A DNA stretch of 64,000 nucleotides from Escherichia coli O127:H6 str. E2348/69 (GCF_000026545.1 NC_011601.1), one strand, 5' to 3'. Positions 19,480 through 30,390 are shown, counted from the first letter of the stretch. Translations and numbers: made by a program. Notes: generated by a model from the letters alone, not told the origin.

Positions 19480-21867
19480 ATGATGCACGAAAAGAACATC
19501 GCCCTGCTTTGTGATGAAGCCGACCGGCTTTTGCAACTGAATATCAATCTGCTCCGGCAAATGGTTGATGAGCCGGATGTGTTATCTGACAGTAAGAACG
19601 AAAACGGGCTGCTTTTTGATAAACGGAAAGCGCTGAAAAGAATTGAGGAGCTGGAGGGCGAACAAATCAAAACCGCCCGCAGGGAGATGGTGCTGGCTGT
19701 GGTCGGCACGATGAAGGCGGGCAAATCAACCACCATCAACGCCATTGTGGGGCAGGAAATTCTGCCCAACCGTAACCGCCCCATGACCTCGGTACCGACA
19801 TTGATCCGCCACGTTCCCGGAAAAACGGAACCGGTCCTCCATCTGGAACATATTCAGCCCGTCCGCAATTTATTAATCACACTGCAGGAAAAACTCGCCA
19901 CCCCGGCAGGGCAGCAAGTCGCACAGTCCCTGCAGCAAACCGGGGATACCCGCGAACTACTGGATATTCTGGCGGATGATGTCTGGCTTAAAAATGAATA
20001 CCACGGGGAAGACGAAATCTTTACCGGACTGGCATCGTTAAATGACCTGGTTCGTCTTGCTGCGGCAATGGGGACTGAATTTCCTTTTGACGAATACGCA
20101 GAAGTGCAGAAACTACCGGTGATCGACGTGGCGTTCAGCCACCTGGTGGGAATGGATGCATGTCAGGGAACACTCACACTGCTGGATACCCCCGGCCCTA
20201 ATGAAGCCGGACAACCACAGATGGAAATGATGATGCGGGATCAACTACAGAAAGCCTCTGCGGTGCTGGCGGTGATGGATTACACCCAGATGAACTCGAA
20301 AGCCGATGAGGAGGTTCGTAAAGAGCTTAATGCCATTGCTGACGTCTCAGCCGGTCGTCTGTTTGTGCTGGTCAATAAATTCGATGAAAAAGATCGCAAT
20401 GGTGATGGTGCGGATGCCGTACGCCAGAAGGTGCCAGCAATGCTGAACAGCGATGTGCTGCCCGCCTCCCGCGTTTATCCCGGCTCATCACGTCAGGCGT
20501 ACCTTGCTAACCGTGCGCTTCATGAGTTACGAAAAAACGGTGCGCTTCCGGTTGATGAAGCCTGGGTCGATGATTTTATCAGGGAAGCTTTCGGACCTAT
20601 GGTGGAAGAGGACGACTGGAAAGACAGCACTAAGGTAAATAAAAAGGCAGAAAAACTCTGGAATATATCTCTGATCGATCAACTGATAACGGAAGTCATA
20701 CAGAGCTCCCATTCCAGAGCGGCGGCACTGGCGGTTGACTCTGCCGCCGCAAAACTGATGCAGAATGCAGAAAATATCAGCGAATATCTGTCATTACGTC
20801 ATCAGGGGCTGCAGCAAAGCATTCAGTCACTACAGGCGCATATTACCAGCCTGCTGGCGGATATCCAGGAGATTGAGGAATGTCAGAATCAGGTGACCGG
20901 TGATGTCAGAATGGCCATGGAGGACATCAATACCAAAACCGGGGAATTACTGACGAAGGTCTGTGCCTCACTGGAGGAGGAGCTGAACGACTATTTCAGA
21001 AGCGGTAAACGCAAAGAACAGCAAATGCTGGAGGAAGAAAATTCAGCGCAGCCCCGGGAGAGAAACGCATTCGCTTTCTTTCACGATATTTTCGGAACCG
21101 GAAATCAGCATGACAGGATGCGGGACTTTGATCCGGACAGCCCCGAAATAAAATTCAGTGATCGCAGGGCAGCCCTTGAACTGATGACGCAAATCGAATC
21201 GACCGTGACCAGCCTGCACCGTGAGGCTGAAGCACAGTTCCGGCCTGAGCTGGAGAAAATCGTCAGCGGGATTGAAACAGGTTTTCGTGGCACGGCCCTG
21301 TACGCCACAGAAAACATTGCCGGTCGCATCAATGCCCGCCTGGAGGATGAGGGCTTTACCGTAAAAATCAGTTTTCCGGCAGTCAGCCAGTTACAGACCC
21401 GGCTCGCGGTAAAAATAAATCTGAGTGCGCTTATGGAGGAAAGAACGGAGACCGTCACCCGTCGCCGTCGGCAGAGTGGCGTATGGGGAACCGTTTGTCG
21501 ATGGTTTGGCACCAGTGACCTGGGCTGGGAAAACTATGACGAGGATGTGAGTCGCAGCGTGATCAATATCAACAAGGTCAGAGAGGAAGTTATGTCACTG
21601 ACCCGGGCATATTTCGGGGAGCTGCAGGCATCCATTGAGCAGGATATTAACCAGCCCGTCCGCCAGGAAATCGATGCCTTTTTCTGCGCATTCAGGGAGA
21701 AAGTTGAACAACTGCGTAACACGCTGATTCAGAGCTCTGAAGATCATAAACGCGATCAGCAGGCGCAGGAACGGCTTACCGGGCGACTTCAGGCATTAAA
21801 TGAAAGGGTTCCTGAGCTCATTACTGACAGTAAGGCGCTGAGGGAAGAGCTGGAGACAATGCTGTGA
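19480..21867 (+). CDS. Dynamin-like GTPase, CrfC/YjdA-like (795 aa)
   Basis: G1 GTMKAGKST (nt 19705-19731), G3 DTPGPNE, G4 NKFD; long helical C-terminal region; resembles recalled E. coli CrfC (YjdA) N-terminus. Confidence 0.85.
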   Translation: MMHEKNIALLCDEADRLLQLNINLLRQMVDEPDVLSDSKNENGLLFDKRKALKRIEELEGEQIKTARREMVLAVVGTMKAGKSTTINAIVGQEILPNRNRPMTSVPTLIRHVPGKTEPVLHLEHIQPVRNLLITLQEKLATPAGQQVAQSLQQTGDTRELLDILADDVWLKNEYHGEDEIFTGLASLNDLVRLAAAMGTEFPFDEYAEVQKLPVIDVAFSHLVGMDACQGTLTLLDTPGPNEAGQPQMEMMMRDQLQKASAVLAVMDYTQMNSKADEEVRKELNAIADVSAGRLFVLVNKFDEKDRNGDGADAVRQKVPAMLNSDVLPASRVYPGSSRQAYLANRALHELRKNGALPVDEAWVDDFIREAFGPMVEEDDWKDSTKVNKKAEKLWNISLIDQLITEVIQSSHSRAAALAVDSAAAKLMQNAENISEYLSLRHQGLQQSIQSLQAHITSLLADIQEIEECQNQVTGDVRMAMEDINTKTGELLTKVCASLEEELNDYFRSGKRKEQQMLEEENSAQPRERNAFAFFHDIFGTGNQHDRMRDFDPDSPEIKFSDRRAALELMTQIESTVTSLHREAEAQFRPELEKIVSGIETGFRGTALYATENIAGRINARLEDEGFTVKISFPAVSQLQTRLAVKINLSALMEERTETVTRRRRQSGVWGTVCRWFGTSDLGWENYDEDVSRSVININKVREEVMSLTRAYFGELQASIEQDINQPVRQEIDAFFCAFREKVEQLRNTLIQSSEDHKRDQQAQERLTGRLQALNERVPELITDSKALREELETML

Positions 21868-22769
21868 CTTCACCATTTATTCAACAAATTGCTGATAACC
21901 GGGTATGTCAGGTACTCACCTGTCTTCCTGAAAAATTTGTGGTTGATTTCGCAAACGGAATCGATGTTGCACAGGAGCATATCCGCACGGCCGGAGAGCG
22001 CACGTTCTTCCGGCGTTTAAAAGAGGGGCTGACCGGCGAAGGCGCTGCACGGCAGAATGCCATCAATGCGTCGCTTGCACAGGGCGTTGAGGCGTCCCTG
22101 CGCTGGCTGACGGAGATGACAACGTCACTTGCCACCACAAACTACGCGATTACCCGGGTAAACGACAGGGTCAGTTCACTGGTCAGTGATACAGCCAGGC
22201 TGGCGCATTATTCCGCAGATACGCGGGAGCAGTTACTCACCCTGGCCGATCAGGTTCACCATAAACTGAATCATCTTGAAGAAAAACTCCACCGTGTTGA
22301 CCAGGTTCAGCGGGCGCAGTTACATCTTGAGCAGATATTCTCATGGTGGAGCGCCGGGCGATATGCGTCATTTTCCCCTGCCGGACGTTGTTATGTGGCA
22401 CTTGAAGAGCTTCGCTGGGGCGCGTTTGGTGATGTGATACGTCAGGGCGAAACAGGCCAGGTTAACCAGCTACTGGATATTCTCAGACATAAAGCATTAA
22501 CGCAGATGGCACAGGAGAGTGGCGGTAGTGCAACCGTGCGTCTGAACACTCTGGACTGGCTTGGTGGTCAGGGCCGGGAGCAGGCAGATAACGAGTGGCA
22601 TGACGCGATTAACTGGCTGGGAGACTGGTGCAGTGAAGAGCAGCATCCGGTGATCTGGTCAACCACGCAGGCTGCAGAACACTTACCGGTTCGCATGCCT
22701 CGCCTCTGCTCTGCAGAACGCCTCTCTGAAAGTATGGTCGATGAAATATTTCAGAAGGGGGCTGCATGA
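21864..22769 (+). CDS. Hypothetical protein (301 aa), YjcZ-like partner of the dynamin GTPase
   Basis: Start overlaps the dynamin stop by 4 nt; no nucleotide-binding motif; size and position match YjcZ next to yjdA in K-12 (sequence similarity to YjcZ not verified). Confidence 0.6.
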   Translation: MTSPFIQQIADNRVCQVLTCLPEKFVVDFANGIDVAQEHIRTAGERTFFRRLKEGLTGEGAARQNAINASLAQGVEASLRWLTEMTTSLATTNYAITRVNDRVSSLVSDTARLAHYSADTREQLLTLADQVHHKLNHLEEKLHRVDQVQRAQLHLEQIFSWWSAGRYASFSPAGRCYVALEELRWGAFGDVIRQGETGQVNQLLDILRHKALTQMAQESGGSATVRLNTLDWLGGQGREQADNEWHDAINWLGDWCSEEQHPVIWSTTQAAEHLPVRMPRLCSAERLSESMVDEIFQKGAA

Positions 22770-23836
22770 GTACAGAAATGAAAACGGGGCTGGTGCTGTC
22801 CGGTGGCGGGGCGGTGGGCGCTTATCAGGCGGGAGTGGTTAAGGCACTGGCAGAGTGTGGTACACAGATCAGCATGGTTTCAGGGACCAGCATTGGCGCA
22901 TTCAATGGTGCCATTATCGCGGCCTCTCCCGATCTGTCAGAAGCTGCCGTACGCCTGGAGGCGCTCTGGGAGCATCTGGGGAATAATCAGGTGCTGTCGG
23001 TAAACAGATTGGTTTACTTTTCATTGCTGAAAAAATTGTTCCAGGCAATGAACCTCTGCCAGATCCCCGGACGTGCAGGAGCACTGCTTACGACGCTTCT
23101 TCGCCATATATCGACAATCAACGGGTTTGACAATCTGATGGCTCAGCCGTTGTTGTCAGATGAGCCCCTGACAGCGCTGATGGATCATTATCTTGATACT
23201 GATGCTCTGGCAGACGGGCTACCGCTGTATGTGTCGCTGTACCCCACAGAAGGGGGCATGCAGGATATTATTGACTGCATTCGTGCTGAACTGGGTGTCG
23301 GAACCACGAAAAACGCCGTTTTTCAGCATATCCAGAGCCTGCCCCGCGGACAGCAGAAAGAGGCTCTGCTTGCGTCAGCCGCGCTGCCCCTGCTGTTCCG
23401 TCCCCGTGAGGTTCAGGGGACAATGTTCGGTGATGGTGGTATGGGAGGATGGCGAAATATGCAGGGAAATACCCCTGTGACGCCTCTGGTCGATACCGGA
23501 TGCAATATGGTGATTGTGACGCATCTGAGTGACGGTTTTTTATGGGATCGCAAGGCTTTTCCGGACACCACAATCCTTGAGATCCGTCCCCGGAAAAGGC
23601 TGAAATATGCAGGTGATGGTGGCAACAGCGGCGGTCTGCTCAGTTTTACATCGGCACATACCGACGCCTGGCGTCAGCAGGGCTATGAAGACACGATGCT
23701 GGCGATGGAGCATATCCGGAAACCGCTGGCAGCACGTCAGGCACTGACCCGGTCAGAGGCGGTATTGCAGAAAAGCCTGGATATAACGGAAGAGGCAGAT
23801 TTGGCACTGAGAAACGCGATGGCCCGGATTAAATAA
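22766..23836 (+). CDS. Patatin-like phospholipase (356 aa)
   Basis: Oxyanion-hole GGGxxG (LSGGGAVGAYQAG), nucleophile elbow GxSxG (GTSIG, nt 22883-22897) and catalytic-Asp DGG (FGDGG) motifs; start overlaps the previous stop by 4 nt. Confidence 0.85.
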   Translation: MSTEMKTGLVLSGGGAVGAYQAGVVKALAECGTQISMVSGTSIGAFNGAIIAASPDLSEAAVRLEALWEHLGNNQVLSVNRLVYFSLLKKLFQAMNLCQIPGRAGALLTTLLRHISTINGFDNLMAQPLLSDEPLTALMDHYLDTDALADGLPLYVSLYPTEGGMQDIIDCIRAELGVGTTKNAVFQHIQSLPRGQQKEALLASAALPLLFRPREVQGTMFGDGGMGGWRNMQGNTPVTPLVDTGCNMVIVTHLSDGFLWDRKAFPDTTILEIRPRKRLKYAGDGGNSGGLLSFTSAHTDAWRQQGYEDTMLAMEHIRKPLAARQALTRSEAVLQKSLDITEEADLALRNAMARIK

Positions 23837-24108
23837 AGACGCCCCAAAGAAACGCCACCGCCTGTGGTGGTGTTTTTCCTGTCTGGTGTTATTGAAAATA
23901 TTTTCAGATATATATTATCTGGGTGATGGTTAAGATGAATTTATTTAATTTTGGGGGAAGATACAAAAACAACCAGTGAACATATTTCCGGCGGGTTATC
24001 CGCAATGCTGAAGGTCCGTTGCACTGGCGATGCCGGAATACAGCTTAATACGTGGTTCGCCAGTGAAGGGCTTCTCAGACAATAAACCTCATTCATTTCA
24101 CCCATCAG

Positions 24109-24139
24109 GCCGCGTCTTCTCCGGGAGACGCGGCTTTTT
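24109..24139 (+). terminator. Rho-independent terminator-like hairpin
   Basis: GCCGCGTCT-loop-AGACGCGGC followed by TTTTT, ~270 bp after the patatin gene and before the DUF932 gene. Confidence 0.6.
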
Positions 24140-24175
24140 CATTTATATCGCTTAATCATTCATAAGGAGCAAATC

Positions 24176-24994
24176 ATGAGATTAGCCAGTCGTTTTGGTT
24201 ATGCGAACCAGATACGTCGTGATCGTCCGCTGACACACGAAGAACTGATGCGCCATGTACCGAGTATTTTTGGGGAAAACCGACATACCTCTCGCAGTGA
24301 ACACTATGCGTACATTCCCACTATCACCGTCCTGGAAAATCTGCAGCAGGAAGGCTTTCAGCCGTTCTTTGCCTGCCAGACCCGCGTGCGCGACCAGAGC
24401 CGCCGGGAATACACAAAACACATGCTGCGTCTGCGGCGGGCCGGACAGATAACCGGTCAGCATGTCCCTGAAATTATTCTGCTCAACTCCCATGACGGTT
24501 CATCCAGCTACCAGATGTTACCCGGATATTTTCGTGCCATTTGTACCAATGGACTGGTCTGCGGTCAGTCTCTGGGAGAATTGCGTGTTCCACACCGGGG
24601 AAATGTGGTGGACAAAGTCATTGAAGGGGCTTACGAGGTGGTGGGCGTTTTTGACCGGATAGAGGAGAAGCGTGATGCCATGCAGTCGCTGGTCCTGCCG
24701 CCACCGGCACGCCAGGCGCTGGCACAGGCGGCACTGACTTACCGTTATGGTGACGAACATCAGCCCGTCACCACCGCCGACATTCTGACACCACGACGCC
24801 GGGAGGATTACGGTAAGGACCTGTGGAGTGCTTATCAGACCATCCAGGAGAATATGCTGAAAGGCGGGATTTCCGGTCGCAGTGCAAAAGGAAAACGTAT
24901 CCATACCCGGGCCATTCACAGCATTGATACCGACATTAAGCTCAATCGCGCATTGTGGGTGATGGCAGAAACGCTGCTGGAGAGCATGCGCTGA
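24176..24994 (+). CDS. DUF932-family protein (YfjQ/YafZ-like)
   Basis: 272-aa ORF strongly resembling recalled K-12 CP4-island YfjQ-family proteins. Confidence 0.75.
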   Translation: MRLASRFGYANQIRRDRPLTHEELMRHVPSIFGENRHTSRSEHYAYIPTITVLENLQQEGFQPFFACQTRVRDQSRREYTKHMLRLRRAGQITGQHVPEIILLNSHDGSSSYQMLPGYFRAICTNGLVCGQSLGELRVPHRGNVVDKVIEGAYEVVGVFDRIEEKRDAMQSLVLPPPARQALAQAALTYRYGDEHQPVTTADILTPRRREDYGKDLWSAYQTIQENMLKGGISGRSAKGKRIHTRAIHSIDTDIKLNRALWVMAETLLESMR

Positions 24995-25084
24995 TGCCGT
25001 TTCACTGAAAGTGCAGTCCTGACTCACATCTGTTCCTGCCCCGGGGCTTCTTCCATTCATTTACTTTTTATAAGGAATAACCTC

Positions 25085-25570
25085 ATGACAACCGTTTCGC
25101 ATAATTCCACCACACCTTCTGTTTCCGTAACCACTGCATCAGGGAATAACCCACCTCAGCTGGTTGCCACTCCCGTCCCTGATGAACAGCGCATCAGCTT
25201 CTGGCCGCAGCATTTTGGCCTCATTCCACAGTGGGTGACCCTGGAGCCCCGTGTCTTCGGCTGGATGGACCGTCTTTGCGAAGACTACTGCGGTGGTATC
25301 TGGAATCTGTACACCCTGAACAACGGCGGGGCATTTATGGCACCCGAACCGGATGACGATGATGACGAAACATGGGTACTGTTCAATGCCATGAACGGCA
25401 ACCGCGCTGAAATGAGCCCGGAAGCCGCCGGTATTGCTGCCTGTCTGATGACGTACAGTCATCATGCCTGTCGTACGGAGTGTTATGCCATGACGGTCCA
25501 CTATTACCGGCTGCGGGATTACGCCCTGCAGCATCCGGAATGCAGCGCCATTATGCGCATCATTGACTGA
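25085..25570 (+). CDS. Antirestriction protein (ArdB/KlcA family; YfjX/YeeS-neighbour type)
   Basis: 161-aa ORF with acidic DDDDDE stretch, resembling K-12 YfjX/YafX-type antirestriction proteins. Confidence 0.7.
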   Translation: MTTVSHNSTTPSVSVTTASGNNPPQLVATPVPDEQRISFWPQHFGLIPQWVTLEPRVFGWMDRLCEDYCGGIWNLYTLNNGGAFMAPEPDDDDDETWVLFNAMNGNRAEMSPEAAGIAACLMTYSHHACRTECYAMTVHYYRLRDYALQHPECSAIMRIID

Positions 25571-26062
25571 ATGGAGGCAGGGACAATGCAGCAGCTTTCC
25601 TTTCTGCCCGGAGAGATGACGCCCGGCGAGCGCAGTCTCATTCTGCGGGCCCTGCAAACCCTGGACCGCCATCTTCATGAACCCGGCGTGGCCTTCACCT
25701 CCACCCGTGCGGCACGGGAATGGCTGATTCTGAACATGGCGGGACTGGAGCGGGAAGAGTTCCGGGTGCTGTATCTGAACAACCAGAATCAGCTGATTGC
25801 CGGTGAAACCCTCTTCACCGGCACCATCAACCGTACGGAAGTTCATCCCCGGGAAGTGATTAAACGCGCCCTGTACCACAATGCCGCTGCCGTGGTGCTG
25901 GCGCACAATCACCCGTCCGGTGAAGTCACACCCAGTAAGGCAGACCGGCTTATCACCGAACGTCTGGTACAGGCACTGGGCCTGGTGGATATCCGGGTGC
26001 CGGACCATCTGATAGTCGGTGGCAACCAGGTTTTCTCCTTTGCCGAACATGGTCTGCTTTAA
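25571..26062 (+). CDS. RadC-like JAB/MPN-domain protein (YeeS/YfjY family)
   Basis: HNHPSG JAMM motif; alternative start at MQQLSF (25586). Confidence 0.8.
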   Translation: MEAGTMQQLSFLPGEMTPGERSLILRALQTLDRHLHEPGVAFTSTRAAREWLILNMAGLEREEFRVLYLNNQNQLIAGETLFTGTINRTEVHPREVIKRALYHNAAAVVLAHNHPSGEVTPSKADRLITERLVQALGLVDIRVPDHLIVGGNQVFSFAEHGLL

Positions 26063-26124
26063 CCCGTCACAACCACATCACACCTGTTTTCACTTTTATC
26101 TTCTGTCTTCAGAGGTATCACATC

Positions 26125-26346
26125 ATGAGAATCATCACCCGTGGTGAAGCCATGCGTATTCACCAACAGCATCCTGCATCCCGTCTTTTTCCGTTCTGTA
26201 CCGGTAAGTATCGCTGGCACGGCAGTGCTGAAGCGTATACTGGTCGTGAAGTGCAGGATATTCCCGGCGTTCTTGCCGTGTTTGCAGAACGCCGTAAGGA
26301 CAGTTTTGGCCCGTATGTCCGGCTGATGAGTGTCACCCTGAACTGA
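26125..26346 (+). CDS. YeeT/YfjZ-like DUF987 protein
   Basis: 73-aa ORF near-identical to recalled K-12 YeeT. Confidence 0.8.
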   Translation: MRIITRGEAMRIHQQHPASRLFPFCTGKYRWHGSAEAYTGREVQDIPGVLAVFAERRKDSFGPYVRLMSVTLN

Positions 26347-26508
26347 TGTTCCGTCACCCGGGAAACGAGTACGACCAGATGACCTCAGACGCCGCTGTGG
26401 ATGAGGCCATTCTCATCAATGCATACATCTTCACCGAAACCGGTCAGCGCGCCGGCTGACCTGTCATCGTTAAACCATTCTTAACCACTTTTCAGAGAGG
26501 ATTTTATC

Positions 26509-26883
26509 GTGTCAGACAAACTCTCCGGGATAACTCATCCCGATGACAATCACGACCGCCCCTGGTGGGGGCTTCCCTGCACAGTGAGGCCCTGTTTTGG
26601 CGCTCGTCTGGTGCAAGAGGGTAACCGCCTGCATTACCTTGCTGACCGCGCCGGTATCAGAGGCCGCTTCAGCGACGCAGATGCATACCATCTGGACCAG
26701 GCCTTTCCGCTGCTGATGAAACAACTGGAACTCATGCTCACCAGCGGTGAACTGAATCCCCGATATCAGCATACCGTCACGCTGTATGCAAAAGGGCTGA
26801 CCTGCGAAGCCGACACCCTCGGCTCCTGTGGTTACGTTTATCTGGCTGTTTATCCGACACCAGCACCCGCAACCACCTCATAA
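26509..26883 (+). CDS. cbeA: CbeA/YeeU-family type IV antitoxin
   Basis: 124-aa ORF near-identical to recalled YeeU (MSD...[15 protein letters not shown]...). Confidence 0.85.
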   Translation: MSDKLSGITHPDDNHDRPWWGLPCTVRPCFGARLVQEGNRLHYLADRAGIRGRFSDADAYHLDQAFPLLMKQLELMLTSGELNPRYQHTVTLYAKGLTCEADTLGSCGYVYLAVYPTPAPATTS

Positions 26884-26929
26884 CCCCGAAGCTCTCACCT
26901 TTAGCACTACCAGTTACAGAGAACTTAAG

Positions 26930-27304
26930 ATGAAAACATTATCCGACACACATGTACGGGAGGTATCTCGCTGCCCGTCTCCCGTCACCATCTGGCAGAC
27001 ACTGCTCATCCGACTGCTGGACCAGCATTATGGCCTCACACTGAATGACACACCGTTTGCCGATGAACGTGTGATTGAGCAGCATATTGAGGCAGGCATT
27101 TCACTGTGTGATGCAGTTAATTTTCTCGTGGAAAAATACGCGCTGGTGCGTACCGACCAGCCGGGATTCAGCACCTGTCCCCGCTCTCAGTTAATAAACA
27201 GTATTGATATCCTCCGGGCTCGCCGGGCGACCGGCCTGATGACCCGCGACAATTACAGAACGGTAAATAACATTACCCTGGGTAAGTATCCGGAGGCGAA
27301 ATGA
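26930..27304 (+). CDS. cbtA: CbtA/YeeV-family toxin (cytoskeleton-targeting)
   Basis: 124 aa from [26 protein letters not shown]...; the track ORF is N-terminally extended. Confidence 0.85.
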   Translation: MKTLSDTHVREVSRCPSPVTIWQTLLIRLLDQHYGLTLNDTPFADERVIEQHIEAGISLCDAVNFLVEKYALVRTDQPGFSTCPRSQLINSIDILRARRATGLMTRDNYRTVNNITLGKYPEAK

Positions 27305-27792
27305 TGAAACTGGCCCTGACACTGGAAGCCGACAGCGTTAACGTACAGGCACTGAACATGGGGCGCATTGTCGTTGACGTCGATGGTATTGAGCTCGCTG
27401 AACTGATTAACATGGTCTGCGATAACGGCTACTCCCTTCGTGTTGTTGATGAATCTGACCAGACCTCAGCAGAATGCACGCCACCATTTGCTACCCTTAC
27501 CGGCATACGCTGCAGTACCGCACATATCACGGAAACGGACAACGCCTGGTTGTACTCGCTGTCACACCAGACCAGTGACTTCGGTGAATCAGAATGGATT
27601 CATTTTACAGGTAGCGGATATCTGTTACGTACCGATGCGTGGTCATACCCGGTTCTGCGGCTTAAACGCCTGGGGCTGTCAAAAACGTTCCGTCGTCTGG
27701 TCGTCACACTCATCCGGCGTTATGGCGTCAGTCTCATTCATCTGGATGCCAGCGCTGAATGCCTGCCGGGTTTACCCACTTTCGACTGGTAA
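27301..27792 (+). CDS. YeeW-like protein
   Basis: 163-aa ORF overlapping the cbtA stop, in the position of yeeW in CP4-44. Confidence 0.6.
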   Translation: MMKLALTLEADSVNVQALNMGRIVVDVDGIELAELINMVCDNGYSLRVVDESDQTSAECTPPFATLTGIRCSTAHITETDNAWLYSLSHQTSDFGESEWIHFTGSGYLLRTDAWSYPVLRLKRLGLSKTFRRLVVTLIRRYGVSLIHLDASAECLPGLPTFDW

Positions 27793-27803
27793 CCAGGAAC
27801 AAC

Positions 27804-28001
27804 ATGAAATCATTAACCACGGAAACAGCGCTGGATATTCTGATTGCGTGGCTGCAGGACAATATCGACTGCGGATCGGGAATTATCTTTGACAACGATG
27901 AGGATAAAACGGATTCAGCAGCACTGTTGCCCTGTATCGAACAGGCCCGGGAGGATGTCCGTACCCTGCGTCATCTGCAGCTTCTGCACCAGAACCGGTG
28001 A
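27804..28001 (+). CDS. Small hypothetical protein (YpjJ-like)
   Basis: 65 aa from MKSLTTETALDILIAWLQDN... Confidence 0.5.
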   Translation: MKSLTTETALDILIAWLQDNIDCGSGIIFDNDEDKTDSAALLPCIEQAREDVRTLRHLQLLHQNR

Positions 28002-28085
28002 AGCTCACTCACCAGGCTTCATTCCTCTGACGCCAGCCTGCACAGGGCTGGCGTTTTCATTTATCTGCAAAAAGGAATATCGATT

Positions 28086-28928
28086 ATGTCAGATATCACA
28101 ATCTCCCGTCCGGAAGTGGTCAACGGGCATACGGACGTTATCTGCTCAACCAGCATTCGCCACATTCTGGCTGTACGAAAGAGTACACTGTTGCAAATCG
28201 ACACACTTATCCGACAACTGGCTGAAATCTCGGTGCTGACGGAAAGCATCGGAGGTAAAACTGCCCCGGACTGGGCCATGAAACAGGATTTTCGCTGCGG
28301 CTGCTGGCTGATGGAGAAACCCGAAACAGCAATGAAAGCCATTACCCGGAATCTTGATCGCGAAATCTGGCGTGACCTGATGCAACGTTCCGGGATGCTG
28401 TCATTAATGGATACGCAGGCCCGTGATACATGGTACCGGTCACTGGAGTACGATAATTTTCCGGAAATCAGCGAAGCGAACATTCTGAGCACATTTGAAC
28501 AACTGCACCAGAATAAGGATGAGGTGTTTGAGCGAGGGGTGATCAACGTCTTCAGAGGGCTGAACTGGAATTACAAAACCAATTGCCCCTGTAAATTTGG
28601 CAGTAAAATTATCGTCAACAATCTGGTGAGATGGGACCGGTGGGGATTTCATCTTATCACCGGACAACAGGCTGACCGACTCGCCGATCTGGAAAGAATG
28701 TTGCACCTGTTCAGCGGTAAACCAATCCCCGACAACCGGGGAAACATCACCCTTCGTCTGGATGATCACATTCAGTCTGTTCAGGGTAAAGAGAGCTATG
28801 AAGATGAGATGTTCAGCATCAGATACTTTAAGAAGGGCTCCGCGCATATCACGTTCAGAAAGCCAGAACTGGTTGACAGACTGAATGATATTATCGCAAA
28901 ACACTATCCTGATATGCTGGCAGTATAG
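28086..28928 (+). CDS. Hypothetical protein, 280 aa (possibly DUF4942 family), last island gene before serX
   Basis: Clean ORF with ribosome-binding site; family assignment is from memory and unverified. Confidence 0.5.
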   Translation: MSDITISRPEVVNGHTDVICSTSIRHILAVRKSTLLQIDTLIRQLAEISVLTESIGGKTAPDWAMKQDFRCGCWLMEKPETAMKAITRNLDREIWRDLMQRSGMLSLMDTQARDTWYRSLEYDNFPEISEANILSTFEQLHQNKDEVFERGVINVFRGLNWNYKTNCPCKFGSKIIVNNLVRWDRWGFHLITGQQADRLADLERMLHLFSGKPIPDNRGNITLRLDDHIQSVQGKESYEDEMFSIRYFKKGSAHITFRKPELVDRLNDIIAKHYPDMLAV

Positions 28929-29029
28929 CTTTGCCAGTATGCTCAAAGATCGGAAATTGTCCGATAAGATATGATCGCGGGGCATATAAACCGGTTTCAG
29001 ATGGCATACCCGATGGCATACTGTCTGGA

Positions 29030-29070
29030 AGGAAAAATAAAAAAGCGCATGTTAAACAATAACATGCGCT
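29030..29070 (-). terminator. serX rho-independent terminator
   Basis: Perfect 10-bp inverted repeat AGCGCATGTT/AACATGCGCT followed on the minus strand by a T-run, just 3' of the tRNA. Confidence 0.75.
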
Positions 29071-29077
29071 TATAATC

Positions 29078-29165
29078 TGGCGGTGAGGGGGGGATTCGAA
29101 CCCCCGATACGTTGCCGTATACACACTTTCCAGGCGTGCTCCTTCAGCCACTCGGACACCTCACC
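29078..29165 (-). tRNA. serX: tRNA-Ser (anticodon GGA)
   Basis: Reverse complement reads GGTGAGGTGTCCGAGTGGCTGAAGGAGCACGCCTGGAAAGTGTGTATACGGCAACGTATCGGGGGTTCGAATCCCCCCCTCACCGCCA; next to ghrA as in K-12. Confidence 0.9.
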
Positions 29166-29346
29166 AAATTGTCGTTCCTGTCTTGCTGGAACGGGCGCTA
29201 ATTTAGGGAAATCATGACCTGAGGTCAACAAACTTTTTTAAAAAATCGCTCGATTATTCAAACTTCAAGCAATATGCAGTTTTAATAAGCGAAATTTGCT
29301 TTTTTTGCCACCGACCACGGATTTGTTATGCTGGTGGCCTTTGTAG

Positions 29347-30336
<990 letters not shown>

Positions 30337-30390
30337 TAAAGCATCTGGTTTCCTGCTATCCTTGGCGGGAATTGAATACAGGAGAGAGTT

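Noticed and set aside
25139-26050. 303-aa minus-strand ORF spanning the antirestriction and RadC-like genes
   Set aside because: Antisense to two well-supported plus-strand genes with strong family matches; His/Gly-rich translation without motifs.
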